Notes: generated by a model not told the origin, from the letters alone. Counted from the first letter of the stretch, positions 40,266 to 49,003 are shown. The stretch: DNA of 64,000 bases from an uncultured Methanosarcinales archaeon (GCA_963843555.1 CAWJKV010000014.1:19758-83757), one strand, 5' to 3'. Translations and numbers: made by a program.

Positions 40266-41168
40266 ATGAGTTTACCAAAATCAAAGCTGGTGCTGATTTC
40301 CATAATCTGCGCGGCCTTATTAGCGGCCATGGCCCTGTTTTACTTTACGGATGAAGGAAGCAAGGCGTCAGAGAACATTAAGGTTGTTGAAGATTCCAAG
40401 ACGGCTCAGAATGCCGTTCCTGTAGACCAGGCAAGCGTGGTGAAGAGCGACGGGGCTAAACCGATTCTTGTGCCATTGGACAAGGTCAAAGATGCGGATA
40501 TTCTCCTGGACGTGAGCGAGGATTCCAAAACGCATATCCCAGGCTCTGTGGTCATTCCCTACACGGAATTCGACATACGAGCGGGTGTTGTAAAGCCCGT
40601 TTCTGAAATCGCCAGGATTCTCGGAGACGCCGGAATCTCTCGTGAGGATTCAGTCTTGATCTACGGCGAATGCCTGCCCTGCGGCGGCGGTCCGTCCGTA
40701 GCGACTTACGTCTATTGGATTATGAAGAGTCTGGGTCATGAGAAGGTTTTGGTTCTCAATGGAACGGTTGAAGATTGGGAGGCAATGGGACGCGATAGTA
40801 CGAAAGACGCCCGAAAACTCCCTGGCAAAGTCTACACTCCTGCAGAAACGGCAAATTACACTGCAACCTATCAGTTCGTAAAAAGCGACCAGGCGCAGAT
40901 TGTTGACGCCAGGACCTTGCAGGAGTTTATGGCCCAAACCATACCGGGATCGATCAGCATACCCTATGAAAGCGTGCTGGACGGGAAAAAGATCAAAAGC
41001 ATGGACGAGTTGAATAAGGTTTTCGCGGCGTTGGACAAAGATAAGCCGGTGGCGGTTTTCACTTACACGGGTATGAAGGCCTCTGTGGTTTGGTTTGCCC
41101 TGAAGATGATGGGATATGATGCCAGGCTCTACAGCTACAAGGATTGGATGGAAAATGAACAATCTTAA
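40266..41168 (+). CDS. Membrane-anchored tandem-rhodanese protein, CLPC type (close paralog of 29213)
   Basis: N-terminal hydrophobic helix; IYGECLPCGGG; VAVFTYTGMKAS. Confidence 0.85.
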   Translation: MSLPKSKLVLISIICAALLAAMALFYFTDEGSKASENIKVVEDSKTAQNAVPVDQASVVKSDGAKPILVPLDKVKDADILLDVSEDSKTHIPGSVVIPYTEFDIRAGVVKPVSEIARILGDAGISREDSVLIYGECLPCGGGPSVATYVYWIMKSLGHEKVLVLNGTVEDWEAMGRDSTKDARKLPGKVYTPAETANYTATYQFVKSDQAQIVDARTLQEFMAQTIPGSISIPYESVLDGKKIKSMDELNKVFAALDKDKPVAVFTYTGMKASVVWFALKMMGYDARLYSYKDWMENEQS

Positions 41169-41192
41169 AAGATATTACATCTCGATCCTGCT

Positions 41193-41555
41193 CTATTCAG
41201 ATCTAAATACGGAAGCTGTATTCTGAGCTCCACAAGTTTTCTTTTTAGCCAGATCTTCCATAGACGACAGTTCGGTGCACAAGGACTCACAAAGACTTTG
41301 GAATAGGCTCGCTTCTACTTTATTTCCGGGATCACTTAGGGTATAGTATATCCATAAACCCTCCCGCCTGGACTTCAAAAGGCCTGCACGACGCAGGATA
41401 GCAAGATGACGGGAAGCCTTTGTCTGCGAGATGCCCAGAGCGGCCTCGATTTGACAGACGCAAAACTCCCTCTTGTAAAGCAAGACTATGAGCCTCAGTC
41501 GCGTTTCATCGGAGAGTGCCTTAAATAACTCAACGTATTGTTCCGTTTGGTTCAT
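41193..41555 (-). CDS. arsR: ArsR/SmtB repressor
   Basis: FKALSDETRLRL, EFCVCQI, SQTKASRHL. Confidence 0.9.
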   Translation of the reverse strand: MNQTEQYVELFKALSDETRLRLIVLLYKREFCVCQIEAALGISQTKASRHLAILRRAGLLKSRREGLWIYYTLSDPGNKVEASLFQSLCESLCTELSSMEDLAKKKTCGAQNTASVFRSE

Positions 41556-41557
41556 CT

Positions 41558-41585
41558 ATTTACATGCAAATATGCGCATATATGA
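41558..41585 (-). promoter_or_regulatory. Operator TCATATATG-N10-CATGTA directly upstream of arsR (autoregulation; probably leaderless)
   Basis: Same motif as 33985 and 35316; ends 2 bp before the ATG. Confidence 0.75.
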
Positions 41586-41635
41586 AGCTTTTGGCGTTTT
41601 GAAGACGCATTCTCTGTTGGATTCCAGACTCATCT

Positions 41636-42084
41636 TTATTTCCTAAACGTATGTGATATCCAATCCTTTATCTCATCCCTCACTTGCCGGAAGACCTCAA
41701 GCTGCTCCTCCTCAGAGCCTGTGGCCAGGGCAGGATCCTCGAAGCTTCAGTGAATGACTTCTCTTGCTTTAGGAAATTTGTAGGAAGCTCAAACTCTGTG
41801 CTGCAGATCGGGCAGGCCTGTTTGGCCCGGTTGCAGACAGTGACTGCCAGTTCAAATACTGTATCCTGAAATTCCATTGAAGACTTGGATTGCTGACCAG
41901 AGATATCGATGCCGATTTCCAACATGACCTGCACGGCGCGAGGATCGACCGATGCGGCCTCGACTCCGGCGCTGTAAGCCTGGTATCGATCGCCGTACAT
42001 GGCCCGCAAGAGGCCTTCGGCCATCTGGGAGCGGGCGGAGTTGTTAGTGCAGAGAACGAGAACCTTCTTCTTATCCTGGTGCAT
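41636..42084 (-). pseudogene. arsC: Thioredoxin-dependent arsenate reductase (LMWP fold) with frameshift and in-frame TGA
   Basis: LCTNNSARSQMAEG, TVC..A..ACP; after a shift near 41775 reads PKAREVIH*SFEDPA...VFRQVRDEI (TGA 41747-41749 at the conserved Trp). Confidence 0.85.
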
Positions 42085-42217
42085 CGCAAGGGATGTCATC
42101 CATGTCTCAATGCTCATCAAAATAGATCAGCATTTTGCCCGTTCTGTTGCAGGAGGATTTTTGCAGTATTCTGGAGGCAGGTTACATTGAAATCCTTCCT
42201 TGCATAGACTATTGCAG

Positions 42218-42514
42218 ATGACCTGTGACGAGCAGGAGCTTTATGATATCTTGCAAGAGATCGAGGCGCTCTGCACAATGCACGAGCGAATTACGCAGTC
42301 CTCCAAGTGCCGGGAGTTCAACCACCGCGCTGCCCTGCTGCTGCAAAGACTGGAAGACTCTGAATGCGATCGTCTGGCGGATAGGACCATGGACCTTCTG
42401 GCATCCTGCAATCCCAAAGACCTCTCTCAATGTGACAGCATCCAGCGTGCCAGGGATGTTCTGCAGAGGCTGAGGGAGATGGCCAGAGAGAACTTGAAAG
42501 AAGAAAAAGATTGA
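42218..42514 (+). CDS. Hypothetical helical protein with 6 Cys
   Basis: ORF 42200..42514, ATG 42218; divergent from arsC. Confidence 0.55.
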   Translation: MTCDEQELYDILQEIEALCTMHERITQSSKCREFNHRAALLLQRLEDSECDRLADRTMDLLASCNPKDLSQCDSIQRARDVLQRLREMARENLKEEKD

Positions 42515-42582
42515 AGAAACCAAATATCGTCTCTCGGCCCACTTGTCATTCAGGCGTTCTCTGCGTTTCCTGTTGTTATAGT

Positions 42583-43294
42583 TCAGTTTACCTTTGAGAC
42601 GAATGGATAATGATCGATTGAAGATCCATCATCTATCTTCCTGGGCAGATCGCAGAATCCATCCTTATCGGTGTCATTGCAGCCTTCCTTTGGCTCGTCG
42701 TAATCGCCATAATGGTTTCCTTTCATCTGTTTTCCAGTAAATAATTCCAAAAGCCCTTGTATTCCATCTGAGTTCTGGCTGCTGCTATTCCACGAATTGC
42801 CACCCTGATCTCTGGCTGCGATTTCATTCCCCCGCAGATCATTAGATACAAAGATGTTATTGACAGATCCCATCATGACGTATATGCCGTACTTATTCTT
42901 GTAGAAGACATTATCAGAGATCGTGTTGTTATTGGATTCAATCCGTATTCCCGCATTTCTGGAGCAAGCGCATCCGGTAGAGCCGGTCAGATTAAACCCC
43001 TTTACCGTAGATCCATTGGCTATCAGGGCGATTGCATTTCCAAATCCTTCTGCATCTACAACTGGCAAGCCATCGCCTGTGTCAAGGCCTATTAAGCTTA
43101 CAGCTTTGACAACTTTGAGCCTTTCCCGATATGTTCCGCTATGAAACTTCAATGACATCTCCATTACTTGAGTTATCGATGGCCTTCTGGATCTGTGGGT
43201 AGTCTTCGTCTAATGGGCCTACAGTAATTTTTACCGCTTGGGCCAGGTCAATGATCAATATTATTGTTAATATAATTAATAGACTTTTTCGCAT
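42583..43294 (-). CDS. Exported NosD/CASH beta-helix protein (N-terminal +1 frameshift)
   Basis: MRKSLLIILTIILIIDLAQAVKITVGPLDEDYPQIQKAID from 43294; extra T near 43145; STGCACSRNAGI; GCNDTDKDGFCD. Confidence 0.8.
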
Positions 43295-43438
43295 AAGTAC
43301 TCCTCGCATGATACAAAAAAGGATAAATTTGTTCTATTTGAACTTTTCTATCGTGTGTCAATTGGGTCAATTGCTTTTCCGATATGGGTATAAGCCCGGC
43401 GGGAGGAGTCTTCCTCACCGCGGGACATTTTTTCCACA

Positions 43439-44839
43439 TTACCACATCTTGTACCCCAGGTACCTCACCGCATAGACGAGGCCGATCAAGATCACTGCCA
43501 CTCCGAAGATCTTGGTCACATACTTTCCGGCATAGATGTACTTCTCGCCGATCTGCCCGCCCACAGCCCTGGAGAAGGTGGAAATGGGAATCACAGGCAC
43601 GCCATGGCCCAATCCGAAGACGAAGAGCATCAGGCCTCCCACCAGGGGTGTCACGTCCTGGGAGATGAGCCAGATGAGCACCGGGAAGACCAGGGACACG
43701 GCGCAGGGTGCCCAGCCCAGGGCGAAGAAGACGCCCAGGGTGAAAGCTCCAATGAAGGCCGAATACTCGAAAAGGCCCATGGAGAAGTGAACCAGCCTCT
43801 CCATTATGCCCTTCTTTTGCACCGGCGAGTCATCTTCATCAGCATCGGCTTTGCGGAAGGAGAAGTGCGACCTGACCGGCTCAATGATCTCGCCGATGGG
43901 CTTGATGATATTTATTCCCAGGATGATCATCAAGAGGCCGGCTGCCAGGTCAAAGAAGCGGGCCTGGCGGATGAAGACGCCGATGTCTGAGAGAAAGAGC
44001 CCCAGCACGAAGAAAACCAAGGCCATGCCCAGAGTGAAGGCCACCCCGATCATGAAACCCTCTTTGGAGGCCGTTGCTGACTTCTTGAGGTACTCCTCTT
44101 TCCGGCGAGCAGTCATGACATAGGAGAACATAGCCAGGAGCAGAGCCACGGAGCAGGGCGAGAGGGAAGTTACAATTCCCAGGACGAACATGGTCAGGTA
44201 GTTCACGCCCTGGCTGGATGCGATTCCTTCGAATCCGGAAGCCTCACCGCTCTCCATGCTTTTCAGGTCACTGTAAAGAGAATCAGCGCTCTGGATGCCA
44301 TCGATCTCGCCCTTGCCGAGCTGGTAGACGTGGAAGAGGTCCGCAACGTTTCCTTCTTTATCTATCAGGATCAGCGTAGGGTTGGCAAAGCCGCCCTCCA
44401 GGGTGGAGTAATCGATGTATTTGCTGGTAAGAGGATAGGGCTCAAAGTCCTCAATCCAAGGCCAGGTTACATTGGTGTTCCACCAGAAACTGGCCAGAGT
44501 CCGGCCGTCCTCTGAGTATGGGTTCTTCCGGACGTTGAGGGTTATGATATTAATGCCGGGATCCTTCTGCTTTAAGATGGAAAGCTCCCGGGTCTGGGCG
44601 TTCAGTGCGTTCTCGCACTCCCTGCAGAGGGGATTCTCAATGTTGGTGATGTGCAAAAGGACGACCTCACCCCGGTAGTCGCTCAAGGAGACATTCTTTC
44701 CATCAAGGTCCACTGCCTGAAAATCAGGAGCTTTAGCCTCCTGTGCCAGGCCTGTTGACAAGCTTAAGAAGAGGGAACATAAGATGACAAAAAGGGTGAT
44801 TGGTCCCAAAATCAGGGATCTTTTAATTTTGAAAGACAT
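43439..44839 (-). CDS. Exported redoxin (TlpA/AhpC-TSA-like, CREC) fused to CcdA/DsbD
   Basis: Signal peptide; APDF..VDLDGKNVSLSDYRGEVV; PLCREC; TSLSPCS; GWAPCA; FGLGHGVP. Confidence 0.87.
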   Translation of the reverse strand: MSFKIKRSLILGPITLFVILCSLFLSLSTGLAQEAKAPDFQAVDLDGKNVSLSDYRGEVVLLHITNIENPLCRECENALNAQTRELSILKQKDPGINIITLNVRKNPYSEDGRTLASFWWNTNVTWPWIEDFEPYPLTSKYIDYSTLEGGFANPTLILIDKEGNVADLFHVYQLGKGEIDGIQSADSLYSDLKSMESGEASGFEGIASSQGVNYLTMFVLGIVTSLSPCSVALLLAMFSYVMTARRKEEYLKKSATASKEGFMIGVAFTLGMALVFFVLGLFLSDIGVFIRQARFFDLAAGLLMIILGINIIKPIGEIIEPVRSHFSFRKADADEDDSPVQKKGIMERLVHFSMGLFEYSAFIGAFTLGVFFALGWAPCAVSLVFPVLIWLISQDVTPLVGGLMLFVFGLGHGVPVIPISTFSRAVGGQIGEKYIYAGKYVTKIFGVAVILIGLVYAVRYLGYKMW

Positions 44840-44869
44840 GGCTGTTTATCCTTTTATTCAGGCCAGACT

Positions 44870-45412
44870 TCATTTGTTCCAGTTAGCGGAGTTCTCGTTA
44901 TAGTAGACTAATGCGTCCTCGATATATTTCTTGGTCCAGCTCTCGCCTGTAACCTCATCAGTGCTGTGCCAGACCGGCACGACCTTTCCCTCCGCATTCG
45001 GAGCCAGAGTTACAATAACTGTCAATGGCACATACATGCCGCCGCCGTTGGGATCGTATGCCCGCAGGGCTTCTTCTGATCTGGCATCGCTTCCGTCAGC
45101 AGATAAATTGAAGTAGGTGAATTCATCTCCCATCTCGTCAACTATCTTTGTCAGGGCCTCTGTCTGAGGTGCACAGTAGCTGCAGCCTTTGTGAGCGTAG
45201 ACAACCACAGGCTTGCTTTCTAGAGCGTCCAAAACCCAAGCAGGATGGTTGACCTCACCGCCTTTACCACTGGATTGATCCGGATATGTTGTCCACCAGT
45301 CATTATTTCCCGATCCTACTGAATATTCAGCACCCATGACATTAACGCTGAACGCCAGAATGAAGACCGCAATCAAAGATGCTACGCAAACTGTTTTCTT
45401 GATTATGCCCAT
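44870..45412 (-). CDS. Exported thioredoxin-fold protein (CSYC)
   Basis: Signal peptide; KPVVVYAHKGCSYCAPQ; YVPLTVIV cis-Pro loop. Confidence 0.82.
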   Translation of the reverse strand: MGIIKKTVCVASLIAVFILAFSVNVMGAEYSVGSGNNDWWTTYPDQSSGKGGEVNHPAWVLDALESKPVVVYAHKGCSYCAPQTEALTKIVDEMGDEFTYFNLSADGSDARSEEALRAYDPNGGGMYVPLTVIVTLAPNAEGKVVPVWHSTDEVTGESWTKKYIEDALVYYNENSANWNK

Positions 45413-45587
45413 GATACACTCTCCTTTAGCTCCATTTTTTCATCTTGACGAAATCCTACTATGAGGTCTGAGGCTGCAAATTGTCCTCGATAATAGCTCT
45501 CGCTTCAAGTTTTCAAGTCGCCTTAACTGAGTTCTTTTCAGATCAGATCATCTGAATTGCCCGTTAACAGGGCAAGCCTAGAACGGC

Positions 45588-45607
45588 ATATCGACATTAT
45601 TGGATAT
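45588..45607 (-). promoter_or_regulatory. ATATC-N10-GATAT operator upstream of the trx-ccdA-nosD operon
   Basis: ATATC gacattattg GATAT. Confidence 0.65.
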
Positions 45608-45811
45608 AAGTCTTTCGACTTTATGATCTATATAGTCTTACATAGGAAAAATTTTTGTTAGAATCCCTTTCATCTAACAGCATTTCGGCGAACATACATA
45701 TTTTCAATTGTTAATTTCGGCCATCTTGTTACCTAATTATGTGGAAAATGTTTAATATATTTAATTAAAGACAGATGTCGTAATTGGATTTAACTGTATG
45801 ACGGGAAAATC

Positions 45812-45835
45812 TTATATATCGAAATAACTGGATAT
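45812..45835 (+). promoter_or_regulatory. TATA box overlapped by ATATC-N10-GATAT operator
   Basis: TTATATAT 45812-45819; ATATC gaaataactg GATAT 45816-45835; same geometry as 32183. Confidence 0.7.
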
Positions 45836-45946
45836 GGATAGCCGGATTAACCTGCGGTATGGACGGACCGGTATACGCTAAATCAGAAGAAATACTGTAT
45901 ACAGCCAGCAGTCAACAGAGAAGGCACAAGAGGGTGAAATGCCAAA

Positions 45947-46099
45947 ATGAGCACGGTGAAATGCGAAATATGCAATAAAGAAGCGGAATCCCTATTCATC
46001 GTAAGTCACAAAAAGAGGGGTAGAATAAGAATATGCTGCGACTGTCTGAAGCAAGAGGGGCCAAAGCTTCTAAATCAAAAAAGCTGCAGTTGCTGTTGA
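45947..46099 (+). CDS. Unannotated 50-aa Cys-rich protein (zinc-ribbon/metallothionein-like)
   Basis: MSTVKCEICNKEAESLFIVSHKKRGRIRICCDCLKQEGPKLLNQKSCSCC*; GGGTGA RBS; below the ORF-track length cutoff. Confidence 0.75.
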   Translation: MSTVKCEICNKEAESLFIVSHKKRGRIRICCDCLKQEGPKLLNQKSCSCC

Positions 46100-46124
46100 A
46101 AGTTGCTGCTAAAGAGAGGAGTCC

Positions 46125-46517
46125 ATGACATGCGTTACGGAAGAAGCTGTTAACAGGATGACACGGCTGATCGGCGATGCCGATAAAGCCGAATGCAAGG
46201 TCGACAAGATCCGTTCCATAGTGAACAGCATAGACGAGCTGGAGATCGAGGAGGAGGCTGAGATATTTCAGGCTATGGCCGATCCCTGCCGACTCAAGAT
46301 CCTCATGCTCCTGAGAGAAGGAGAGTTATGCGTCTGCGAGATCATGATCGGTCTCGACAGACCCCAATCCAGCACATCTCATCACCTTTCCATCCTCAAG
46401 GATGCAGGGCTCATCAAAGAGCGCAAGGATGGGAGATGGTCCAGATACCGGCTGTCCGAGGGCGCTGTTATTGAGATGCTCAATATGGTAAAGCTGATGA
46501 AAGAAGCTAAAATCTGA
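46125..46517 (+). CDS. arsR: ArsR/SmtB repressor (paralog of 32511)
   Basis: ADPCRLKIL, ELCVCEI, PQSSTSHHL. Confidence 0.9.
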   Translation: MTCVTEEAVNRMTRLIGDADKAECKVDKIRSIVNSIDELEIEEEAEIFQAMADPCRLKILMLLREGELCVCEIMIGLDRPQSSTSHHLSILKDAGLIKERKDGRWSRYRLSEGAVIEMLNMVKLMKEAKI

Positions 46518-46533
46518 GAGAGGGCAAAAACAA

Positions 46534-47631
46534 ATGACCAAATTCGATACTATTCACAATGATAACGCCAGCTCAACTCTTGACCGAAAGAGATCAGGCT
46601 CAAGAGGGTTCTATGTTCTGGGAATTCTGATAATTTCCTTGATGGCTTTTGCGCCCGTAGTTGACGCGGGCTGCAGTTGCGGCGGAGGCACCTGGGATCC
46701 TAGCGGTTTCCTCAACTCTGAACCTGGAACCGGCCAGCCCGTCCAGCCAGGCAGCGCCCAAAACAACGCTGCTGGATATTCCGGTAACAGCACGCAGAAT
46801 TCCGGTATAAACACAGAGAAGCCGTTGGATAGGGCGGCCTCTTTTCCTAATGGTGGGATCCTTAAGTCCATGAAGAGCGTTTCCAGCTCAGATGTGGTAG
46901 TGGACGTATCCAACGGCGACAGCTACGCGAAGTCTCATATCGAGAATGCCATTCACATTCAAACCAGAGACTTCTTAGATGGCGCTGGCAACCTAAAAAC
47001 AGATGAGGAACTAGCCTCGATCTTGGGCGATAAAGGCATCTCCAGAGATGATTCAGTAGTCCTTTACGGGAATAAAGAGAGCTCTGGGGAAGCCGAATTT
47101 GCCTTCCTGGTGCTACAACACTTGGGACAAAAGGATGTCAGACTCCTGGATGGAAGCCTGGCAGACTGGAAAGCTGCAGGCTTGCCTGAGGCGGCTTTGG
47201 AGAATATAAAGCCTAGCGTTGTGTACAACCCCGAAGTCAACCCCAAGGTTATAGCCGAATTCGAATACGTGAAGTCCAAACAGGCCCAGATCGTGGATGC
47301 CCGGCCCTTTGTGGAGTTTGGCAAAGGCCGCATACCAGGCTCTGTCGCTCTGGATCCAGCCAATATAATTAAAGGAGATCGTATCAAGAATGGAGACGAA
47401 CTGGGTATGGTATTCGGCAGGCTGAGCAAAGACCAGCCGATCGTAGTTTATTCCAGCGATTACAGCCGCTCATCTCTGGTCTGGTATGCTCTGCAGCTCA
47501 TGGGATATGAGGCCAGCATCTACACCTGGGAGGATTGGAAGGCGAACGAGGCAACGGGGGAGCAGGCCGCTACGACTCCGGCTGGAGGAGGCACTGCCAG
47601 CACGAAATACACAAAGCTGGGCAATACGTGA
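46534..47631 (+). CDS. Exported tandem-rhodanese protein lacking both the catalytic Cys and CLPC
   Basis: Signal peptide followed by GCSCGGGTWDP; VVLYGNKESSG; IVVYSSDYSRSS. Confidence 0.82.
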   Translation: MTKFDTIHNDNASSTLDRKRSGSRGFYVLGILIISLMAFAPVVDAGCSCGGGTWDPSGFLNSEPGTGQPVQPGSAQNNAAGYSGNSTQNSGINTEKPLDRAASFPNGGILKSMKSVSSSDVVVDVSNGDSYAKSHIENAIHIQTRDFLDGAGNLKTDEELASILGDKGISRDDSVVLYGNKESSGEAEFAFLVLQHLGQKDVRLLDGSLADWKAAGLPEAALENIKPSVVYNPEVNPKVIAEFEYVKSKQAQIVDARPFVEFGKGRIPGSVALDPANIIKGDRIKNGDELGMVFGRLSKDQPIVVYSSDYSRSSLVWYALQLMGYEASIYTWEDWKANEATGEQAATTPAGGGTASTKYTKLGNT

Positions 47632-47669
47632 TCGTCTAAGTATTATGCCATTGGGAGGAGAGTTCTAAC

Positions 47670-47741
47670 TACAAACTGGGAGTGAACTATGAGAACACGG
47701 CGGCTCTCTCCTTCACCGCGGCCAGCAACAACTTCGAGCTG
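47670..47741 (+). pseudogene. acr3: 72-bp relic of a second acr3 gene
   Basis: Translates to [24 protein letters not shown] versus [24 protein letters not shown] in the intact Acr3. Confidence 0.8.
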
Positions 47742-47817
47742 AAGCTGAGGGATAAGTACTATCCCGGTGCGCCCTGATAAGATATTTGCGAAACTAATAG
47801 TTAGCATGGTGAGATAG

Positions 47818-48615
47818 ATGACTGGATCGCCCGCTGAGGTAAAGCTCGTGAGCAACGCAATGGCCAACGCCACGAGGAGAAAGATAATGGCCATGCTGGT
47901 GGAGAAGGACAGAACAAGAGCAGAGATCGAGCAAGAGATAGGAGGCTCCATGCTGGACTACCACATGCAAATGCTGCAGCAAGCCGGCTTGATCGACATC
48001 AAGGAAGACGCTATGGTTCTAACCGATTTTGGAAAGAACTTCATGGAGACCAAGGCCGAGAAGCCGGCCGAGGCCAAGAAAGATCTTGCAGGCACAAAGC
48101 CCCTGGAAGTCGTCGAGCTCAGACAGCTCTTGCCCTGCATTGCCGACAGCACCAAGTTCAGGATTATTGCCCGTTTTGAGCCACCTTTGGGCGGTGCCCT
48201 AAAACTCCTGGAGCCCCTATTCCCTAGGGCCAGGTACTCGGAGAGGATTGGAGCGCTCATCATCCAGAAGGGCAATATTCTCATCACCGTCTATTCCACC
48301 GGCAATGTTACCATGACCATGATCAAGAGCGAGGCAGAGGCTCGAGAGACTATGGAGGATCTGAAGAGGACCATCAACGAGGCCATAGCTAAGGGGGTGA
48401 CTCCAGTTCCAAGAGAGAAGATCAAGGTAGATCACGCTGAGATCTATGAGTACCTTCCCAAGACCAATTGCCAGATCTGTGGAGAGCAGAGCTGCTACGC
48501 TTTCGCCATCAAGCTGGTGGGAAGGGAGACAGCTCTGGATAAATGCACTCCGCTGCTGGAGGCCAAATACGCCACCAATCTGGAGCATGTCAGGGCATTG
48601 CTCGAATACCTCTGA
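47818..48615 (+). CDS. ArsR-like HTH fused to a putative Fe-S domain
   Basis: N-terminal wHTH (ANATRRKIM..LDYHM); LLPCIAD; C-terminal LPKTNCQICGEQSCYAFA...CTPL. Confidence 0.85.
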   Translation: MTGSPAEVKLVSNAMANATRRKIMAMLVEKDRTRAEIEQEIGGSMLDYHMQMLQQAGLIDIKEDAMVLTDFGKNFMETKAEKPAEAKKDLAGTKPLEVVELRQLLPCIADSTKFRIIARFEPPLGGALKLLEPLFPRARYSERIGALIIQKGNILITVYSTGNVTMTMIKSEAEARETMEDLKRTINEAIAKGVTPVPREKIKVDHAEIYEYLPKTNCQICGEQSCYAFAIKLVGRETALDKCTPLLEAKYATNLEHVRALLEYL

Positions 48616-48627
48616 AGGAGGAACACC

Positions 48628-49000
48628 TTGAAGACGCTGACCATCATCCTCACGGACGGTCCCTACATCTCAGAATATGCCGAGATGGCCTACAAGATCG
48701 CATCAGAGTCGCTGAAAGATTTCAGGTTAATATATATTTCTTCACCTGGATGCGGTGCATATTCCCAAGCTCGGGCAAAAGCCTTCTCTTTTTGGAAATG
48801 CTGGCCTGTTATTCCAGGAGCAGGCCGAGAGGGGAGCTGTGGTCAGGGCCTGTGCCAGGTGTGCCACAGCCAGAGGCTACCTGGCCGGGGAAGATGGCGT
48901 CTGCGCGGATTATCATCCGGGGAAAAGATCACCAGCCTCTACGATCTGGCAGAGATGATGGAGAAGAGCGACAGGGCAATTGCCATTCGAAGACAGGTGA
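48628..49000 (+). pseudogene. DsrE/TusD-like sulfur relay protein, frameshifted
   Basis: TLTIILTDGPY; FLHLDAVH; VRACARCATARG; ITSLYDLAEMMEKSDR spread across frames. Confidence 0.75.
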
Positions 49001-49003
49001 AGC

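Noticed and set aside
41747-46099. Selenocysteine or other UGA recoding (TGA in arsC; TGA after CSCC in the 50-aa ORF)
   Set aside because: The arsC TGA sits at a Trp position in an already frameshifted gene; readthrough at 46099 gives no recognisable extension; no SECIS-like element or sel genes were seen
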